Shown piece by piece: positions 1-9,338 of a DNA stretch of 44,665 nucleotides (position 1 is the first letter of the stretch; the number at the start of each line of letters is the position of its first letter). Source of the DNA: Bradymonadia bacterium (lineage in GTDB: Bacteria > Myxococcota_A > Bradymonadia > UBA7976 > UBA1532); NCBI GenBank assembly GCA_046290225.1, contig JBKAGE010000064.1:1-44665 (forward strand), read 5' to 3'. Made by a program: the position numbers and the translations under genes. A model generated the notes under the pieces. It was not told the DNA's origin. It worked only from the letters and a program-made list of their open reading frames with translations, and did not search any database.

Positions 1-257
1 AAAAAATCCTCATGTTCGAGCTGGGCTGGCTCGCCGCTAACCAATCCACCACTACACCAAAAGATGTGTAGGACGATCAGAGCCAGCGGCTACGGCGACC
101 GGTTTTTCGCGGCGTCTGTGCGGAGGATCGTGGGCCTCACGGCGGCTGACGCCGCCGTAGCGGCGGAGCAAACAAAAGGTGGCCTGCGACCGACGCAATG
201 ATCGGGCAGGGGGGGCGGGGCGGGCAGACCACCACGCCGGCCGCAGACCGAAATCGG

Positions 258-1109
258 TCAGCGGGCGTCGACCACCACAGCGGTGAGGTTGTCCTTGCCG
301 CCAGCGTCCATCGCCTGAAGGGCCAGCGAGCGGACCGCACCAGCCGGCGTATCGTATGCATCGAGGGTACGGGCGATGTCGTCGTCCGAGATGAGATCAG
401 AGATGCCGTCGCTGCAGATGAGGAACCGGTCACCGGGCTGAACAGGTACCTCGGCCACCTCGACGCTCACCGTGTCTCGCGTGCCCAGCGCCTGAGTCAG
501 CACATTGCAGGGCCCCAGCATCTCCGCCTCTTCCCGGGTGAGCTGCCCGTGTCGGATGGCCGCACCCACGAGGGAGTGATCGAGGGTGAGCGGATCAAGC
601 CGGCCCCCGCGTATGCGGTACACCCTGCTGTCGCCCACGTGAGCGATGACCGCCCAGCCTTCGTGCAGCCAGAGCGCCGCCACCGTCGTACCCATGCCGC
701 TCAGGTGAATCTGCGCCTCGGCGCGGGCCCGGATGCGGGTGTTCGCTGCTTCGATGGCTCGGGGCAACAGCAGACGGGGATCTTCATCGATTGGGCCCGA
801 GACCGCCATGGAGAGCGCCTCGACGCAGAGGGCACTCGCCACGTGGCCCGCAGCGTGACCGCCCATACCATCAGCCACCGCAAAGAGGCCTACATCTGGT
901 CGGAGGAGATAGCTGTCTTCGTTGCGCGCCCTCACACAACCAGTGTCGGTGAGGGCGGCGCCTTCCACGGGCTGACCAAAGGCCGCCGGCCGTGCGAAAG
1001 ACACCGGCGCCAATGTCGCCGGCATACCCGCATCGGTGTGGCGGGAGAAGGCATCATCAAGGGTCTTGGTGAAGTCATTGTCCGTGGGCACAGAGGCAGA
1101 GGCGTTCAT
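258..1109 (-). CDS. PP2C/Stp1-family Ser/Thr protein phosphatase
   Basis: Motifs RARNEDS, VADGMGGHAAG, GMGTT, HVGDSRVY, ICSDGI and GGKDNLT. Confidence 0.95.
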   Translation of the reverse strand: MNASASVPTDNDFTKTLDDAFSRHTDAGMPATLAPVSFARPAAFGQPVEGAALTDTGCVRARNEDSYLLRPDVGLFAVADGMGGHAAGHVASALCVEALSMAVSGPIDEDPRLLLPRAIEAANTRIRARAEAQIHLSGMGTTVAALWLHEGWAVIAHVGDSRVYRIRGGRLDPLTLDHSLVGAAIRHGQLTREEAEMLGPCNVLTQALGTRDTVSVEVAEVPVQPGDRFLICSDGISDLISDDDIARTLDAYDTPAGAVRSLALQAMDAGGKDNLTAVVVDAR

Positions 1110-1237
1110 GGCAAATCTCCATTAATCGTGATTCGCCAACAGAGACCGAGAGTCGAGGTGAAAAGTCACACAGCTTTCGGACCAGCCCCCAGATAGAACT
1201 ACCCCAACGCCACCCAATCAACTGAATTTGCTGAGTT

Positions 1238-2224
1238 TTATTTTTCGACTTTTTCTGTGACCGGCGCAGGCTGGGGCAAATCTTCGTCATCCCAGACAGG
1301 TTTTGCCTCGACGGGCTGTTTCGCGGGCAGCGGTGACGCCTCCACCGTATGAGCCGCCACAGGTGCCTGCGCCGAATCCACAGGGCGCGCCTCACCTTCA
1401 GGCGTGGGTGATTCGAGGTCCCGCTGACTCGGGCTGGGCGGCTCAACCTCATGTGTGGTCTGTACATCGAGCAGTGCCGCCAGCAATGGATCCCGTACAC
1501 GATCCATGATGATGCGTGTGCCCTTCCGCGTGGCATGGCTGCCATCAGCCGTACGCAGCGCATTCCGCTTCTTGTCGCCCTTGCGGATGGCGTCGATGTC
1601 ACCGTCAGTGGCGATGGCGACTCCACACGTCGTCTGCGCCATCGCCTCTGCTTGCGCTGTGCGGATCGACTCCAGGCGGTGCTGTCGGAAATTGTCCACC
1701 ACGTCCATGGGCGTGAGGAGGGCCACCTTGCTCGCCCCCATGTCGCAGACTTTTTGCACCAGCGAGGCCACTCGATCCCGATAGACCTCGGGCCAGCGCG
1801 CGTCGCTGGCACTCACCCACTTCGGCCCCTTCCGACCACCCTCGCGCTCGTCAGGGCGCAGCCAGACCGTGAAGACGTCGTTCACCCCCATGTAGAAGAC
1901 CACCCCACGGGCCGTGCCGAGGCCAGGCATGCGATCCACCTCGGCCCACCAGTCGAAGAAGTCCGGACGGGCAAACCCCGTAGAGCGTCGCGCGAAGCGA
2001 TATACGCTGTGACCCCGCTCGGAGAATAGCTTCGCCACGTCACGGCCCAGGCGTCCACCGATCGAAGAAGAGCCCAGCACATAAATCTCGGCTGATTTGC
2101 GCGTCCCCTTCCGCGGTCGTTTGGCCTTGGGGGCATCTTCGGCGCTCGCCGGGGCGCCACCCCTGGCCATGGCCTCGGGGGTCAGGAGCGCACAGGTGAT
2201 GAGCAGGCCCATGATGCGGATCAT
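1238..2224 (-). CDS. Secreted SGNH-hydrolase-like protein (DUF459-like) with Pro/Glu-rich C-terminal tail
   Basis: Signal peptide; GSSS, STGFARPDFFDW, GVND and DGSH blocks. Start placed at ATG 2224, downstream of GAGGAG. Confidence 0.7.
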   Translation of the reverse strand: MIRIMGLLITCALLTPEAMARGGAPASAEDAPKAKRPRKGTRKSAEIYVLGSSSIGGRLGRDVAKLFSERGHSVYRFARRSTGFARPDFFDWWAEVDRMPGLGTARGVVFYMGVNDVFTVWLRPDEREGGRKGPKWVSASDARWPEVYRDRVASLVQKVCDMGASKVALLTPMDVVDNFRQHRLESIRTAQAEAMAQTTCGVAIATDGDIDAIRKGDKKRNALRTADGSHATRKGTRIIMDRVRDPLLAALLDVQTTHEVEPPSPSQRDLESPTPEGEARPVDSAQAPVAAHTVEASPLPAKQPVEAKPVWDDEDLPQPAPVTEKVEK

Positions 2225-2377
2225 GGATGACTCCTCGGTCAGATCAGATCGCCAGAGACTGCGGATCATGACGTGTCAGGTCAAGGCATTGCTCTTGCAC
2301 ACCCACCCTCTGCTCACGCACATTGTGTGACTGGCGAGACACACGCTCTCCCGACGCCCGTGATCAAGGAGGCATTC

Positions 2378-3640
2378 GTGCACCCCGTTTTTAATGGCTT
2401 CGTGCCATCCATCACATGGGTCCTGGCCCTCTCAGCCACGCTCGCCGCCTGTGGCGACGAGAGCACACCGGCAGTAGACACCCGACCCGACGCAGGCCGT
2501 GAGCGTCGGGTCGAGTCCGACGCAGATTTCTTCATGCCGCCCGAGCCCGATATGGGCATGGATGCTCCAGATGCTCTGCCGGAGCCGGAGCCGGAGCCAG
2601 ATCCCGAACCAGAACCCGAGCCGGAACCAGAACCCGAGCCTGAACCCGAACCCGAACCGGAGCCAGAGCCCGAACCGGAGCCAGATCCCGAACCTGAGCC
2701 CGAGCCAGAGCCAGGGCCCGAGCCTGATCGGCCCATGGGTGGCCCTGCGCCCTTCCCCGATGACTACAACCCCGTCCGTGAGCCGCCCCCAGCGCCGATG
2801 TACTCCATGGGTGAGTGCCCCATGCTCGTACACAGCCCCGTGGAAGACGGCTCGATGAACGAAGGCTTCGTCTCCATGGGTACCGAGCGGCGTTTCCGGC
2901 TGCTCGTACCCGAGGACTATGATCCCAATCAGTCATGGCCCGTGGTCTTTGCCTGGCACTGGCTCAACGGCAGCAGCAGCTCCTTCATCGAAGACGGGGA
3001 GCTGGAGTCGGCCATCGATCAGACCGGCTTCATCACCGTGTTGCCCGAAGCTCAGCGCAACGAAGACGGTGACAAAGTCTACCTGCTGACCTGGCCCTAC
3101 GCGGAAGAGTGGGGTGTGGAGTCGGAGCTGACTTTCTCCGACGACATCCTGGGCTGCGTCTCGGAGCAGTTCAACGTCGACCTGCGCCGTGTTTATGGCA
3201 TTGGTGTGAGCGCCGGCGGTTTGTGGGTGAGCTATGTCGGCAGCACCGATCGGGCTGATCACTTCGCCGCCCTGGAGTCCCTCTCCGGCGGCCTCGGAGA
3301 GGTGCTCGGCGCGTGGGAGATGCAGTTCACGCCTCAGGAGAACGTCTACCCTGCCCTGGTCTTGTGGGGTGGCCCCCTCGACTGGCTGGCTCTCAGCTTC
3401 GAAGAAGCTTCGCTCCGGCTCATCAACGCCCTGAGAGATCACAACCATTTCGTGGTGCAGTGCACCCATGACGCCGGCCACGGGATCCCGCCGGTGGATG
3501 TCCCTGAAGGGGTGAGCCGATTCCGCATGCTGTGGCGCTTCATGATGGATCACCCTTACGGCACCGAGCCCGGCTGGTCCCCCTACCTGGAGACGGGGCT
3601 GCCCGATGTCTTCCCGGAGTGGTGCTCCATTTCGGAATAA
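2378..3640 (+). CDS. Lipoprotein alpha/beta hydrolase (PHB depolymerase/LpqC-like esterase) with Pro-Glu linker
   Basis: Lipobox LAAC; GVSAGG nucleophile elbow; HDAGH. GTG start follows AAGGAGG. Confidence 0.75.
   Translation: MHPVFNGFVPSITWVLALSATLAACGDESTPAVDTRPDAGRERRVESDADFFMPPEPDMGMDAPDALPEPEPEPDPEPEPEPEPEPEPEPEPEPEPEPEPEPDPEPEPEPEPGPEPDRPMGGPAPFPDDYNPVREPPPAPMYSMGECPMLVHSPVEDGSMNEGFVSMGTERRFRLLVPEDYDPNQSWPVVFAWHWLNGSSSSFIEDGELESAIDQTGFITVLPEAQRNEDGDKVYLLTWPYAEEWGVESELTFSDDILGCVSEQFNVDLRRVYGIGVSAGGLWVSYVGSTDRADHFAALESLSGGLGEVLGAWEMQFTPQENVYPALVLWGGPLDWLALSFEEASLRLINALRDHNHFVVQCTHDAGHGIPPVDVPEGVSRFRMLWRFMMDHPYGTEPGWSPYLETGLPDVFPEWCSISE
2579..2728 (+). repeat. Degenerate 6-bp coding tandem repeat (CCN GAR) encoding a (PE)n linker
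   Basis: About 25 Pro-Glu/Asp dipeptides with varied synonymous codons. Confidence 0.95.
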
Positions 3641-3715
3641 GTCATGTTGAAGGTGTAAAGGGGCACCCCTCGCTTGTGAAAGACTCCACAAGCTGAGATC
3701 CTCTCGGCGTTTCAG

Positions 3716-6700
3716 ATGCCGAAGGCTTTCGCCATGCTCCACCCCACTCCACGCCCTCAGCGCAGGCCCCGTCGCCTCGCGCCGGCCATCTTCTTCGCTC
3801 TGCTCATCGGCGCCAGCTGTGGTGACGGCGGCATCGACTTCGGCCTCGGTGGCTGTGCTGGTGGGCCTGCAGAGCCCTTCGTGACCACTGAAGAGAACAC
3901 CGTGGAGCGCGGTGTACTCGGCCGGATGACTCGGGCAGGCGTCGACTTCCTCGTCGCTCAACGTGAGGCCATCGCCGGCTTGCTGCTCGACGTCGACCCC
4001 CTCGGCCGGGTCAGCTTCGCGCTCCCAGTGACCGAGCTCGGCAACCCGGACGGCCGGCTGGGCATCGGCGTGCGCGACGTCATCGCCGGTTTCAATCTGC
4101 GTGCCGCCGAAGTGGAGATGGCGATCCTGCCTGATCCAGATCGCCTGCGAATCTTCATCAAGAACGCTCGGGTGAGCTTGTCTCAGGGTGTGGTGTGGGT
4201 GGTCCTTGGCGGCAACGCCGCCTGTGAGATCAGCAACGGCATCGCCCCGGGCACTGCAGACGAGGCCGTGCTCGTGGCCGACTTCTCCGCCGACGTGGCC
4301 TTCGAGGTGGACGAAGAAGGCAGGTTGGAGACTCGGGTGGAGTTCCTGCCCTTCACCGTGCACGACATCGATTTGACCTTGAGCTTCAACCCCGAGCTCG
4401 AAGAGTGCGCCGATGACGACAACGCCCGAGAGTGCGAGATCGTGTGCGGCGCCACCGAGCGGGGCCTCGAGATCGTGGGCCAGCTGCTCGACACCCTGCA
4501 ATCAGATCTCAACGCCCTCGTAGAGCCCGTGGTCAGCCAGACCATCGACGAGACCCTGCAGATGTTCAACGGGCAGCCCCTCTTCATGGAGGGCACCCTC
4601 GACCCGAGCGATGTGCTGGGCACCCTGGTCCCCAACCTCGCCGGGGTCATCGAAGACGCTCAGCCCATCGCCTTCCGCGGTGGCATCCCCGCCCAGGGGC
4701 TCTTTGTGGAGCCCCCTGCTGGCGGCGCCGAAGGTGCCGAGGGCGTGCGCTTCGATCTCGACGTGGGCCTCGAAGCCGCTGATCACCCGTGTGTGCCCCC
4801 AGTCGACGAGGTGCCCCCGTTCTTCACAGGGCCAATCCCTACCCTCGACGGCCTCGACAACAACGGGCAGCCCTACCACATGGGGCTCGCCCTCTCCTCG
4901 GCCGTGATCAACCGCTTGCTCTGGGCAGCCTACCGAGGCGGCCTGCTCTGCCTGGCCGTCGACACCGATCGCATCGGGGCGCTGCTCAATCAGCAGGTCT
5001 CTTCTGATCTGCTGGGCATCATCCTGCCGGGCCTCAAGACCCTCACCGGCACCCCACAGCCCATCTTGATCACTCTCGATCCAGCCTTCGGGTTCCGGGA
5101 CTTCCCTCTCGTCGACTTCGAAGATCGAGGGGCCCCGGGGGAGATGCCCAGAGCAGGCATGCGCATGCGCCTGCCCCAAGTCGGGCTCTCGTTCTACACC
5201 CGCATCGAAGAGCGCTGGGCGCGGCTGTTCCAAGCCCGGGTCACCCTCGATCTGGGCGTCGAGGTGTACCCCACCCCGGCGAACACTCTGGCCCTGGCCA
5301 TCGATCCGCCGGTGATCACCGATCTGAGCCAGACCTACAACGAGCTGCTCGACGACGCGAAGATCCCCGAGCTGCTCGATCTGATCAGCAACCTGGCCAC
5401 CTCGGCCCTGGCCACTGATCCCATCGAGCTTGAGGTGGGCCTCGACGGCCTGGTGAGCATGCTCACGGGGCTGCCCTTTGATCCCCGCATCACAGGCCTC
5501 AACGTCGACGGCGCTTCCCGGGACTTCCTGAGCCTGCTCATGCGCCTTGAGCTCAGTCGCCCGGGTGCCCAGAGCGCCGTGGAGACCTCGGCGGCCTACG
5601 CCGAAGGCCACGGCGCAGAGGGTGAGATCACGCTTCAGGTCTCTGCGGCACACGGCACCACCAACGATCGCCCTGCCCTCTACCAATGGCGGGTGAACGG
5701 CGGTCCCTGGCGCCCGTGGCGTGCAGCGGATGATGGCCGCTTGACGGTACGAGACTCGCTGCTGCGCACCGTCGGCGATCACACGATCTCGGTTCGGGCG
5801 GTGGCCGCCGACGACTACCGCACCCTCGATCAAACCCCAGCGACGGTGCAGATCACGACGACCCCTCTCACCGCCGAGGCTCCTGCTGCAGAGCCCCGGC
5901 CTGAGGCCCCTGCGCCGACTCAAGCCTCGGGCTGCAGCGCCACTGCGGCCCCTGGTGCCGCCGGCTGGTTGCTCGCATTGCTGCCTGTGCTCGGACTCTG
6001 CCGACGTCGTAAAGGCCTGCTCGCGGCCGTGCTCGCAGCGCTGTCGCTCACGGGCTGTGGTGACGAGCGCAAGGCCCCTGAAGTGTCCTGCGACGTCTCT
6101 GGTGACTGCCCCAGCGGCTTTGTCTGCGAGGTGGGGCTGTGTGTGGCCGCTGATCAGTGTGGCACCAGCGAAGACTGCTGCGCCGGCTCGGTCTGCGAAG
6201 GCGGGCAGTGCCGCCCCGACGTCAACCGCTGCGAGGCGGGCGCCAACGACGACTGTGGCTCAGTCCGCACCTGCGACGGCGGCCGCTGTGTGCACGACGC
6301 CTGCGCCGATGGCTCTCAGTGCGCCGACGGCGGTGTGTGCCTCGCGGGCCACTGCCACCTGAACCCGCCCTGCACCACATGCCCCTCGGACCGAGCCTGC
6401 TACGCCCACCTCGGGGAGTGCCGCCGAGCGCCGCCTCAATGCGACATGAGCTGCGCCCCCGGCGAGCTGCGCGTCGTCAACAACCCCTCGGCCTACACCG
6501 GCGCAGCGTGTGATCTGTCCCAGGCCACCTGCAGCTGTGTGCCAGCGCCCCCGCTGCGGCCCACCGACGTGGGGCGCTACGCCAGCATGGCACTGGTGAA
6601 CGGAGATCCGGTCTTCGCGGCCTACGACAACGAATACGGCGATCTGGTCTTCATCGAGGGCCTGGACGACGGCGCGAGCCGCCCAGTCTACACCTACGTC

Positions 6701-7768
6701 GACGGCGTGCCCGCGGGTGCACCTGTGGCTGATCCGCTGGGCCCCCGCGCCGGTGTGGTGGAGCCGGGCCCCGAGGTAGGCCGCTACGCCAGCATGGCCA
6801 TCTCCGCTGATGGTCAGGTGCACATCGCCTACTACCACAGCGACGCCCGCCGCCTGATGTACGCCCGCCGCACGGCTGACGGTCAATGGGCGGCCCCCAT
6901 GGTGGTGGACGCTGATGGTGATGTGGGCCGCTACGCCGACCTGGCGGTGGACGCCGACGGCCGCCCCCACATCGCCTACTACCTCGCCGCCAGCGCCGAC
7001 GCCCTCAACGTGGGCGACGTCTCCGGCGTGCGCTACGCCGTGGGTGACAGCAACACGCCCAATGGCTTCTCGGTGGTCGACGTGTCCCTCCGCCTCACGC
7101 CCGAGGGTGTGGCACCCCCGACGCCCGGTGACACCCCAGTGGCCCACGGGATCATGCCATGCCTGGCCCTCTCGGCGAGCGGACGGCCCTTCATCGGCTT
7201 TCGAGACGCGCTGATGGGTGAGGCCTGGCTGGCCACCATCGGCGCCGACGGCTTCAACGCTGCCCCCATCACGGGCACGCCGGGCATCGGCCTTGAGGGC
7301 GACGCCCGCTTCGCCGACGTTGCGGAACATGATCTGGGTGGGCACTGCGATCTGATGCCCCTCGGCGATGGTCAAGTGGGCATGGTGCTGGTGGACGAGA
7401 CCACCGAGGCCCTCTTGTTCTACCGCGGCGATGGTGCTGAGGGGGTCTTCGAGGGGGTGGATCTGGGTACGGGCGGTCTGCGCCGCTTCGTGGGCGCCGA
7501 CGCCGCCCTGGGCATGGACGACGAGGGTGATCTGGTGGTGGTCTACCAGGACGCCTCGGATCTCGACCTGCTGATGAAGGTCCGCAGCCGCGACGGCTGG
7601 GGGGCTCTGCCGGTGCAGGTGGACACGACAGGGGCTCAGGGCTTCTACATCACCGCGGCGGTGGATGGTCAGACGATCGTGATCGGGGCGTTGGAGATGA
7701 ACGTGGACGCTGGGGGCCGGAGCGAGAACCGGCTGCGGGTGTACCGTCGGGATGTGCCTGCTTTTTAA
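3716..7768 (+). CDS. Large surface (poly)protein: BPI/LBP-like N-half, Ig-like domain, internal MYXO-CTERM-like signal, second lipobox, Cys-rich repeats, beta-propeller-like C-half
   Basis: 1350-aa ORF with host-like codon usage; SGCSAT...WLLALLPVLGLCRRRK followed by LAALSLTGC; repeated VGRYASMA/VGRYADLA blades. Confidence 0.7.
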   Translation: MPKAFAMLHPTPRPQRRPRRLAPAIFFALLIGASCGDGGIDFGLGGCAGGPAEPFVTTEENTVERGVLGRMTRAGVDFLVAQREAIAGLLLDVDPLGRVSFALPVTELGNPDGRLGIGVRDVIAGFNLRAAEVEMAILPDPDRLRIFIKNARVSLSQGVVWVVLGGNAACEISNGIAPGTADEAVLVADFSADVAFEVDEEGRLETRVEFLPFTVHDIDLTLSFNPELEECADDDNARECEIVCGATERGLEIVGQLLDTLQSDLNALVEPVVSQTIDETLQMFNGQPLFMEGTLDPSDVLGTLVPNLAGVIEDAQPIAFRGGIPAQGLFVEPPAGGAEGAEGVRFDLDVGLEAADHPCVPPVDEVPPFFTGPIPTLDGLDNNGQPYHMGLALSSAVINRLLWAAYRGGLLCLAVDTDRIGALLNQQVSSDLLGIILPGLKTLTGTPQPILITLDPAFGFRDFPLVDFEDRGAPGEMPRAGMRMRLPQVGLSFYTRIEERWARLFQARVTLDLGVEVYPTPANTLALAIDPPVITDLSQTYNELLDDAKIPELLDLISNLATSALATDPIELEVGLDGLVSMLTGLPFDPRITGLNVDGASRDFLSLLMRLELSRPGAQSAVETSAAYAEGHGAEGEITLQVSAAHGTTNDRPALYQWRVNGGPWRPWRAADDGRLTVRDSLLRTVGDHTISVRAVAADDYRTLDQTPATVQITTTPLTAEAPAAEPRPEAPAPTQASGCSATAAPGAAGWLLALLPVLGLCRRRKGLLAAVLAALSLTGCGDERKAPEVSCDVSGDCPSGFVCEVGLCVAADQCGTSEDCCAGSVCEGGQCRPDVNRCEAGANDDCGSVRTCDGGRCVHDACADGSQCADGGVCLAGHCHLNPPCTTCPSDRACYAHLGECRRAPPQCDMSCAPGELRVVNNPSAYTGAACDLSQATCSCVPAPPLRPTDVGRYASMALVNGDPVFAAYDNEYGDLVFIEGLDDGASRPVYTYVDGVPAGAPVADPLGPRAGVVEPGPEVGRYASMAISADGQVHIAYYHSDARRLMYARRTADGQWAAPMVVDADGDVGRYADLAVDADGRPHIAYYLAASADALNVGDVSGVRYAVGDSNTPNGFSVVDVSLRLTPEGVAPPTPGDTPVAHGIMPCLALSASGRPFIGFRDALMGEAWLATIGADGFNAAPITGTPGIGLEGDARFADVAEHDLGGHCDLMPLGDGQVGMVLVDETTEALLFYRGDGAEGVFEGVDLGTGGLRRFVGADAALGMDDEGDLVVVYQDASDLDLLMKVRSRDGWGALPVQVDTTGAQGFYITAAVDGQTIVIGALEMNVDAGGRSENRLRVYRRDVPAF

Positions 7769-7999
7769 ACACGCTAACCTCTTCAAATATCCCTTACCAA
7801 CGGTCTCCAGCCGCCCCCCTAGAGAAACGTGTGCGCATTCCCACCCCAAAAAGGATGCAGCCCACCCCCACCCACAACACCACAAAAAACAAACACTTAA
7901 CGCCAACCATCGAGCATTCACCTCAACAGCAAAAAAATGCGCACACAAAACTCTCAAACATAAAACTTGCACAAACCAAGAAATCCATGAGAGAAACCA

Positions 8000-9241
8000 A
8001 TGGCGCAATCAATGCGTGAACCTGAAATAAACTGGAGGCAGGCAGTGAGCTCATTGGGATTGTTGGCCAAAGTTAATATGGATGGCTCGTTTAGCGCTTC
8101 ATTCGAAGCAGGAGCCCTTGTAAAACATGGCTTCGTTGATTTTTATGAAGAAGATGGAGGCTCTGGCTACCAGCGAAAGGAAACCTCAAGAAATCGACGC
8201 GGGAGAGAAATTGCAAAATACATTGGCAGGTGCCTAAAGGAACAAGTTAAGCCACATCTATTTGAGCTAACCGCGAACGCAAGAAATCAGCCAGATCAAC
8301 ACTTTGAACCTATTGATGAAAAAAAAAGACTTGGTTTTCTAAACCTCTTAGGCTCAGGCAAATGGCTATCAATCATTGATGGTGGGACGAGAATGCTTGG
8401 CATAGAAATGGCGCTTGCAGAAGGCTACATTTCACCTAGCGATACATTTGATGTACGTGTTTATGTAAATCAGGCACCAGCACAAGAAATTGCACATTTT
8501 TTGCTTATAAATGACAAGCAAAAGAGAGTAAGAACAGACTTAAGCCTGAGAGTAGTCCAAAATGCTATGGACGATGATCAGCTATCTGATGATGACAAGC
8601 GCATTCTTCAGACAGTTGTACCTGACACTGATTCCTGGCGCTTTGAAGCAAGCAGGCTTGTGGGAATGCTGAACAGTAATCTTGATAGCCCCTGGCATGG
8701 TCTAATTCAGATGCCCAATGAAGCCGTTACAAAACCCATAAAACACGGTGCGTTCTTCTCAAGCCTGAGGCCTATTCTTTGCAACGAAGACCTTTCAGCA
8801 CTAATTGAAGCAAAGTTCGGCGACTCTGGAAGCAGTACTGAGTTTTTCTATCGTGTTCTAGTTCGTTTCTGGGGAGCCGTAAAAAGTGTCAACAAGCAGG
8901 CTTGGAATGAGCCAAGGACAAATGTTCTCTGGCAAGCGATAGGCGTTAGTTCATGTCATATTGCTCTAAGCCCAATATTGGTCAGCATCCTTAACGCCGA
9001 CAGAGTACTGTTAGGTCAGGACAATTTCGAGTCCATGATAAGAGACTCAACTGTTTCAGACTATGCATACTGGTATAGCAAACCGGGAAAAAAACAACCC
9101 TTAGAATCTTACCCTGGTCAGAAGGGTGATGCTCCGAAGCTCACAGGAGCAGCAAACTATGTTCGCCTAGGCCGAGAGCTTGAAAAACTATGGCGGTCAG
9201 CTCTCCATGCAAAGCCCGCAGAGCAAACCATAACATGGTAG
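8000..9241 (+). CDS. DGQHR-domain (DndB/ParB-like) protein, low GC
   Basis: GYQR, IIDGGTR (variant of DGQHR) and FLLINDKQKRV motifs; AT-rich codons unlike the flanking genes. Confidence 0.75.
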   Translation: MAQSMREPEINWRQAVSSLGLLAKVNMDGSFSASFEAGALVKHGFVDFYEEDGGSGYQRKETSRNRRGREIAKYIGRCLKEQVKPHLFELTANARNQPDQHFEPIDEKKRLGFLNLLGSGKWLSIIDGGTRMLGIEMALAEGYISPSDTFDVRVYVNQAPAQEIAHFLLINDKQKRVRTDLSLRVVQNAMDDDQLSDDDKRILQTVVPDTDSWRFEASRLVGMLNSNLDSPWHGLIQMPNEAVTKPIKHGAFFSSLRPILCNEDLSALIEAKFGDSGSSTEFFYRVLVRFWGAVKSVNKQAWNEPRTNVLWQAIGVSSCHIALSPILVSILNADRVLLGQDNFESMIRDSTVSDYAYWYSKPGKKQPLESYPGQKGDAPKLTGAANYVRLGRELEKLWRSALHAKPAEQTITW

Positions 9242-9338
9242 CATATGCATTCCCCCTAGATAGTCATTCAAGACATCTGGCTCAGAGACAACCGAAGAAC
9301 ATCCATTACTGTTTTACCACATGCAATAATTTGCCCGT

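Noticed and set aside
54..69. ACAC-N8-GTGT as an NrdR box
   Set aside because: Central consensus positions mismatch, it is a single copy, and no nrd gene is visible
7829..7946. Inverted repeat as retron a1/a2 arms
   Set aside because: No reverse transcriptase nearby and no evident msd hairpin
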